Below, one piece after another: positions 59,197-64,000 of a DNA stretch of 64,000 bases (position 1 is its first letter; each line of letters begins with the position of its first letter). Under the pieces are notes generated by a model. It ran no database searches. It saw only the letters and a program-made list of their open reading frames with translations, and had not been told where the DNA came from. Made by a program: the position numbers and the translations under genes. This DNA is from an uncultured Gammaproteobacteria bacterium. GTDB taxonomy: Bacteria > Patescibacteriota > Patescibacteriia > Magasanikbacterales > UBA922. The stretch is from assembly GCA_964522435.1 (NCBI GenBank), contig CAZFUL010000002.1, positions 44,631 to 108,630 of the forward strand, in the 5' to 3' direction.

Positions 59197-60977
59197 TGGT
59201 CTTTTGATAAAAATGTTTTTTCCCAAAGAGCTACACTATAGAGTTTCCACCAAACCTGCGGCGATGTTATCCGAATATGTGAAGAAATAGGTTCAGAAAA
59301 CAAGGAATCAAGGAGAACACTCTGTTGGATTAACTCTGTTGACCCATCAATATACGATTGATCGGCATATAACAGGTCAATTGGTGCCTCAAATCCTTTT
59401 TTATTCGTGCGCCAGACAATATTTTTTGGTAATCGCTTGTCCATGGTTTTTCTTAAAATATATTTTGTCCATCCATCATGAATTTTTTCTTGTATGGGCA
59501 AATTGATTGCGTGTTCAACTAACCGATAATCCAAAAGTGGTAGGCGGGTCTCAATTCCGAAGTGCATCGCATTTTTATCTTCATACCGTAACAGATGCGG
59601 TAATTGATGAGAGAGCTCTTGTTGTTGTAATGAAAAAAGGGAAACAGATTTTTTTGTTTTTTTATTTATCTTGTGACGCAATGTCGGTTCTATGTCAGGA
59701 AGCCGTCGTAGGCGTCGGAGCTGTTGGTAACGAGGAAAAGAAAAATAACACCAATACAAGATAATAGTAAGCAGAGAAAGGCCTGTGTGTTTTTGAATAT
59801 TGCGTATTGCGTTCGGGTACTGTCGGTAGGGAAGGCTATGGAGATAGGGGACAATATAGCGGTCATATCCTAATAATAATTCATCTCCACCTTGGCCATC
59901 TAACATCACGGTACAACCCAGGGCTTTTGCTTTTTGCATCACAAAATATTGCATGATAATAGATGGGCTAGCAAAAGGTTCTTCTTGAATACGAACAACC
60001 GTGGGTAGCGCGCGAAGAATTTCTTCAATCGACGGGCTCGTGACATGAAGTGGTACCCCGCAATGGGTGGCCACGGCTTGTGCATAGGCAGACTCATCGT
60101 GTTGTGGTGATATGCTTTGCGCATGGATGGTATGAAAGGTATCTTTTCCTGTATACAATGACGCAGCAATACTACAGACGGTTGAACTATCTAACCCGCC
60201 ACTTAAACAGCCACCCACCGGTACGTCAGAACGCAAACACAAATGAATAGCATCCTCAAGTAAGGTAGAAAAATCTTTTGGATCAGTCGGGCTGTGTATC
60301 CCTGATTCTATGTGATACCATGTGTTGATTGTCTTTTTCCCGCTTGGTATATCAAACAAAAGAGTTTGTCCACCCATCAGTTGCGTTATATCTTCAAAAA
60401 ATGTTTCTGGGGTATCGTTTTCTTTCCCGTGAAGTAAAAAGTCTAAGACGATTTTTTTATTTGCGTTTACGTTAGAAAGAAAGGGGAGTAATTGACGAAT
60501 TTCAGATCCAAACGCAAAAAGTTCTGAGGTAGAATAATAATAAAATGGTTTTATGCCATAGCGGTCTCGGCTGCAAAATACCTGTTTCATCTGTGCATCA
60601 TAAATAGCAAATGCCCACATGCCATTAAATCGTTCTACACAGGCTTCTTTATACAAATCATAGGCAGCTAAGATCACTTCTGTGTCTGTTTCTGTAGAAA
60701 ATGTATAACCCTGTTGTTCTAATTCTTTTTTTAATTCTTTATAGTTATATATTTCTCCATTAAACACTATTGTATAGCGTTCTCTATACGTCATGGGCTG
60801 CACGCCCTCGGGACGAAGATCTAAAATAGCAAGACGTCGATGTCCCAAACCAATATGCGTATCATAAAAAAAGGCACTGGCATCTGGTCCACGATGGGCT
60901 ACGCGTTCTGTCATGGCAGCAAGATGCTCGGAGATATCGTCTTGATTGTTACTAATAATACCAGCAATACCGCACAT
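59193..60977 (-). CDS. asnB: Asparagine synthase-like glutamine amidotransferase (glycan-associated)
   Basis: MCGIAG, HRGPD, FNGEIYN, LSGGLDSS, GQGGDE. Confidence 0.9.
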   Translation of the reverse strand: MCGIAGIISNNQDDISEHLAAMTERVAHRGPDASAFFYDTHIGLGHRRLAILDLRPEGVQPMTYRERYTIVFNGEIYNYKELKKELEQQGYTFSTETDTEVILAAYDLYKEACVERFNGMWAFAIYDAQMKQVFCSRDRYGIKPFYYYSTSELFAFGSEIRQLLPFLSNVNANKKIVLDFLLHGKENDTPETFFEDITQLMGGQTLLFDIPSGKKTINTWYHIESGIHSPTDPKDFSTLLEDAIHLCLRSDVPVGGCLSGGLDSSTVCSIAASLYTGKDTFHTIHAQSISPQHDESAYAQAVATHCGVPLHVTSPSIEEILRALPTVVRIQEEPFASPSIIMQYFVMQKAKALGCTVMLDGQGGDELLLGYDRYIVPYLHSLPYRQYPNAIRNIQKHTGLSLLTIILYWCYFSFPRYQQLRRLRRLPDIEPTLRHKINKKTKKSVSLFSLQQQELSHQLPHLLRYEDKNAMHFGIETRLPLLDYRLVEHAINLPIQEKIHDGWTKYILRKTMDKRLPKNIVWRTNKKGFEAPIDLLYADQSYIDGSTELIQQSVLLDSLFSEPISSHIRITSPQVWWKLYSVALWEKTFLSKDH

Positions 60978-60978
60978 A

Positions 60979-62091
60979 TTATTTGATAAAGGTTTTTATC
61001 TTATTTTTTAATTCAAATAGCCATGCATTGGACGGATAGTCTGCAAATGTTTTATTTGGTTTTTGCAGGATATGTTCAAATTGTTCTTTGGTCAAGCCAA
61101 GTTTTTTACATACATACGTTATATCATCGTCAAGCGTTTGAGGCGTATACACCGCTTGATTCATTTCTTGCAATGCCTGTTCTCGAGTGATTTCTTTATT
61201 TACAATAAGATTAGAAAGATAGGCTCTTCGTTCATCATAGCCAAATTTTGTTGGTCTATAATAGGCTTGTTGAAATTTTGTGAATCGAGATTCAAAATGT
61301 TTACCACCATAATATCGCCAACCCAATGTCTGTAATAGAGCCATGGCGTCCTGTTTTTTATAGTCAATAAAATTGAGTGGTTTTATTACTTTCATCCGTT
61401 TAATAAGGGGATAGTAAATATAGTATTGAAAAAAGTTTACGGTAGGGTATGAGTGTAATGGTTGTTTGCCAAAGCGTGTATGTACGGCTTTGAGATGTCG
61501 TAAATCCATAGCATTATATGCCCAGCTACTCGGCATAATTGCTTCTGTTGCCAAGTTACTGCCACTCAGTACATAGCGTATATGGTGTTTGGTCGCAAAT
61601 GCATATAATCCTGCAAAAAACGCATGATCTTGAGGAATATCTTGGTTTGCCAGGGCTGCCTCAAAAAAGGCACGTTGTAAATCTTTCATTTCTTCCCAAT
61701 TAATCACTATGGTAAATAAATCCACATGAAGTCTATTTACTAACTCTTCAATATTTTTTACCGCTAACTCGGAATTCCATCCGCCATCAACATGAACGAC
61801 AAGTGGACGTAATCCCCATTCTTTTGCTTTGTATAATAAATACGAGCTATCAACTCCGCCACTCAGCCCAATAATACAGTCATATTCTTTAGACGCACCT
61901 TCTTTTTTTATTTGATGAATAATGGTATCTAATTGTGTTTTGCGTAGGTCTTCCGATGCTTGCTCTGCGATTAATTTTCGCATGTTGGTACAATGATAAC
62001 AATCACCTTGTTCATTAAAGCTAATCATTGGATCGCTCGTATCCATAATACAATAGCGACAGATGCGATAGGGGGATGGATTATTGCTCAT
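60979..62091 (-). CDS. N-acetyl sugar amidotransferase (WbuX/WbpG family)
   Basis: CRYCIMDTSD..C, YDCIIGLSGGVDSS, VHVDGGWNSE, PQDHAF, YGGKHFES. Confidence 0.9.
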   Translation of the reverse strand: MSNNPSPYRICRYCIMDTSDPMISFNEQGDCYHCTNMRKLIAEQASEDLRKTQLDTIIHQIKKEGASKEYDCIIGLSGGVDSSYLLYKAKEWGLRPLVVHVDGGWNSELAVKNIEELVNRLHVDLFTIVINWEEMKDLQRAFFEAALANQDIPQDHAFFAGLYAFATKHHIRYVLSGSNLATEAIMPSSWAYNAMDLRHLKAVHTRFGKQPLHSYPTVNFFQYYIYYPLIKRMKVIKPLNFIDYKKQDAMALLQTLGWRYYGGKHFESRFTKFQQAYYRPTKFGYDERRAYLSNLIVNKEITREQALQEMNQAVYTPQTLDDDITYVCKKLGLTKEQFEHILQKPNKTFADYPSNAWLFELKNKIKTFIK

Positions 62092-62857
62092 AGGAGGGGA
62101 TATCGAAAAGAGAATCAATCTCTTCTGAAGATGGGTATTGTATCAAAACTGCCTTATGCTTACCATGAAAAACAAATAAACTGCCCGCCGCAGCTGCACT
62201 GGCGCCTGCTCGTATGACGTCACGACATTGCATAAGACTCCCTGCGCCGCCACAGGCAATAACAGGAATACGCAATTGTGCGGTGATAGCGGCAATGAGC
62301 TCAAGATCATAGCCTTGCATCATACCATCTCTTAAGATCATATTTATGCAGAGTTCTCCTGCGCCTTCTGCTTCCATGCGTTTTGCTGTCTCTTGTATAG
62401 ATAGGCCAGTAGCTTTTTTTCCGTTGTGTGTGTATACGAGTGATTGTCTTCGCCAATTTGTTTTTACATCGAGTGTTGCAATAACACTACTTGCGCCAAA
62501 CCGACGAGATGCTTGTTGTAATAACTGCGGTTGAGTAAACAATGCACTGGAGAGGGATATTTTTTCTACCCCAGCAGCGTACAAGGTTTCCATTTGTTCG
62601 ATAGTGCTAACGCCACCACCATAACTTAATGGCATAAAACATTCACTTGCAATATCTTGGATAAGCGCCATGTTTGGTCCTGTTGCTTGTGTTGTCGCGT
62701 CAATATCTAAGATCAACAGTTCATCAACTTCTTTCGTATTAAAAATATTAATGGCATTAATCGGATCACCAACGTATATTCTTTTTTTGAATTGTATCGT
62801 TTTTACTAGCCCATTGTGAGATAGTAATAAACAAGGAATAATACGTGGACGTAACAT
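62081..62857 (-). CDS. HisF2/WbuZ-like cyclase-fold protein
   Basis: MLRPRIIPCLL, YVGDPINA, EVDEL, ECFMPLSYGGG, AAAAGSLFVF. Confidence 0.9.
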   Translation of the reverse strand: MLRPRIIPCLLLSHNGLVKTIQFKKRIYVGDPINAINIFNTKEVDELLILDIDATTQATGPNMALIQDIASECFMPLSYGGGVSTIEQMETLYAAGVEKISLSSALFTQPQLLQQASRRFGASSVIATLDVKTNWRRQSLVYTHNGKKATGLSIQETAKRMEAEGAGELCINMILRDGMMQGYDLELIAAITAQLRIPVIACGGAGSLMQCRDVIRAGASAAAAGSLFVFHGKHKAVLIQYPSSEEIDSLFDIPSYEQ

Positions 62858-62861
62858 ACAA

Positions 62862-63458
62862 TTATAACGAAAGGAAATTCGTTAGTAAGGTCATACCAAA
62901 GGAGTGACTTTTTTCTGGATGAAATTGCACACCAAATATATGTTCTTTTTGTATAATAGAGGTAAATGGGTAGCCATAGTCTGTTGTCCCAATACCCGCT
63001 GCTGCCGTATGGGGAATATGATACGAATGCACAAAATAAAAACGAGCATCAGGCCGCATATTTTTGTATAAGGGGCTCTCGGCTGTTTTATCAATAGTAT
63101 TCCATCCCATATGTGGAACAGGGAGACTATGGGTAAATTTTATCGTGGTCGTGTCAAACCAAGAAAGTCCTTTTTCTTGTCCTTCTTCGCTGCTGTTTGT
63201 CATGAGTTGCATGCCTAAGCAAATGCCTAATATAGGGGTTTTTTTTTCAAACACACAGTGTTCTAACAAAGGAATCATCCCTCGTTGTTGCAGTTCTTTC
63301 ATCCCATGGTCAAAAGCACCGACTCCGGGGAGAATAAGATGAGAGGCCTGTGTAATAGTGTCATGATCATCGCTAATAATGGCTTGTTTGCCTATTTTTT
63401 TTATCATGTTTTGCACAGAACGAACATTGCCTACATTGTAATCAATAATAACAATCAT
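62862..63458 (-). CDS. HisH2/WbuY-like glutaminase
   Basis: IDYNVGNV.S, LPGVGAF, GICLGMQ, PHMGWN, QFHPEKS. Confidence 0.9.
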   Translation of the reverse strand: MIVIIDYNVGNVRSVQNMIKKIGKQAIISDDHDTITQASHLILPGVGAFDHGMKELQQRGMIPLLEHCVFEKKTPILGICLGMQLMTNSSEEGQEKGLSWFDTTTIKFTHSLPVPHMGWNTIDKTAESPLYKNMRPDARFYFVHSYHIPHTAAAGIGTTDYGYPFTSIIQKEHIFGVQFHPEKSHSFGMTLLTNFLSL

Positions 63459-63590
63459 AAAACAATAGAGGAATATACGGCTATTTTAGCAGAAATAGGC
63501 AAAAAAACAAGAAAAGTAGGCCTTGCGCATTGCTTTACTATAAGTAGACTTTTTTTGCTAACTAGGCTACTATTTCAATAGTATTCGTGT

Positions 63591-64000
63591 ATGAAAAAAG
63601 CATTTATCAAAAAAATAGCCTCACCCGGTATATTGGGGATACAACTAGTATTGCTTTACCTAAGTAATGCGATTTTTTTTCTATTGTCATATATCGTGCG
63701 ATTTCCGAAATATACCTTTGTTATTGGGGTGCACGAAGTAGCAAAAAATATCTATCATTTAGGTAAAATTTTACCAAACGCTGCGACGGTTTGTTTATCG
63801 CGAGATACCTATTTTCCGCAGATTTCTTATTCCTATCAATCAACCAACAAAGTGGTTAACCTGCTTTATGGGCCAATTATGCTGGCCTATTTATCTCAAA
63901 AATCGAGTAATTTTTTTTATATTTGGAGCAGCGGATTTTTAATTGATAGGGCGTATGAATTTCGGTTTTTAAAAAGAAAAAAGAAAAAGATCATCCTCTT
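63591..64000 (+). CDS. Partial ORF running off the window (possibly a glycosyltransferase N-terminus)
   Basis: ATG at 63591, open to the end of the window (MKKAFIKK...EFRFLKRKRKKII); function from context only. Confidence 0.5.
   Translation, partial: MKKAFIKKIASPGILGIQLVLLYLSNAIFFLLSYIVRFPKYTFVIGVHEVAKNIYHLGKILPNAATVCLSRDTYFPQISYSYQSTNKVVNLLYGPIMLAYLSQKSSNFFYIWSSGFLIDRAYEFRFLKRKKKKIIL

Noticed and set aside
62081-63458. hisF/hisH as histidine biosynthesis genes
   Set aside because: No other his genes nearby; adjacency to a WbuX-type amidotransferase and the YVGDPINA motif indicate glycan-modification paralogs
1-64000. Alternative genetic code (TGA readthrough, code 25)
   Set aside because: Long genes are intact in code 11, and TGA ends genes at ATGA overlaps (24644-24647, 31894-31897, 56994-56997)

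Overview
AT-rich bacterial chromosome segment using genetic code 11. It is most likely from a Candidate Phyla Radiation (Patescibacteria, Parcubacteria/ABY1-like) organism. This is inferred from dense, mostly SD-less housekeeping genes, tRNAs without encoded CCA, and CPR-typical gene families. Contents in order: zur-znuCB/znuA zinc uptake; MFS and Nramp-like transporters; dnaE; tsaD; tRNA-Glu; rplJL with an L10 leader; tsaB; an accessory stretch (pirin, DUF1398, MazG-like, putative HEPN protein); an Fe-S locus (FNR-like, Rrf2, IscS-like, sufB, sufS, sufU, sufC, DUF59, two ferredoxins, no sufD); clpB with a CIRCE-like site; gltX; tRNA-Thr; ftsEX; tRNA-Gln with a duplicated 3' end; a csoR-copA-copZ copper cluster; an ECF sigma/anti-sigma pair; a 1283-aa S-layer-like protein; and an O-antigen-ligase plus amino/amidino-sugar glycan cluster. 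Most unusual signals: (1) three isolated GC-rich, AAGGAG-led single-gene units (LysM membrane protein, standalone DnaA domain IV protein, orphan) in an AT-rich SD-poor genome; (2) a 98-bp hairpin element present twice with compensatory substitutions; (3) a tRNA-Gln-derived 145-bp structured insert; (4) a multibranch structured leader before the S-layer-like gene. No CRISPR array, integrase or transposase was recognised. All assignments are by eye, without database searches.
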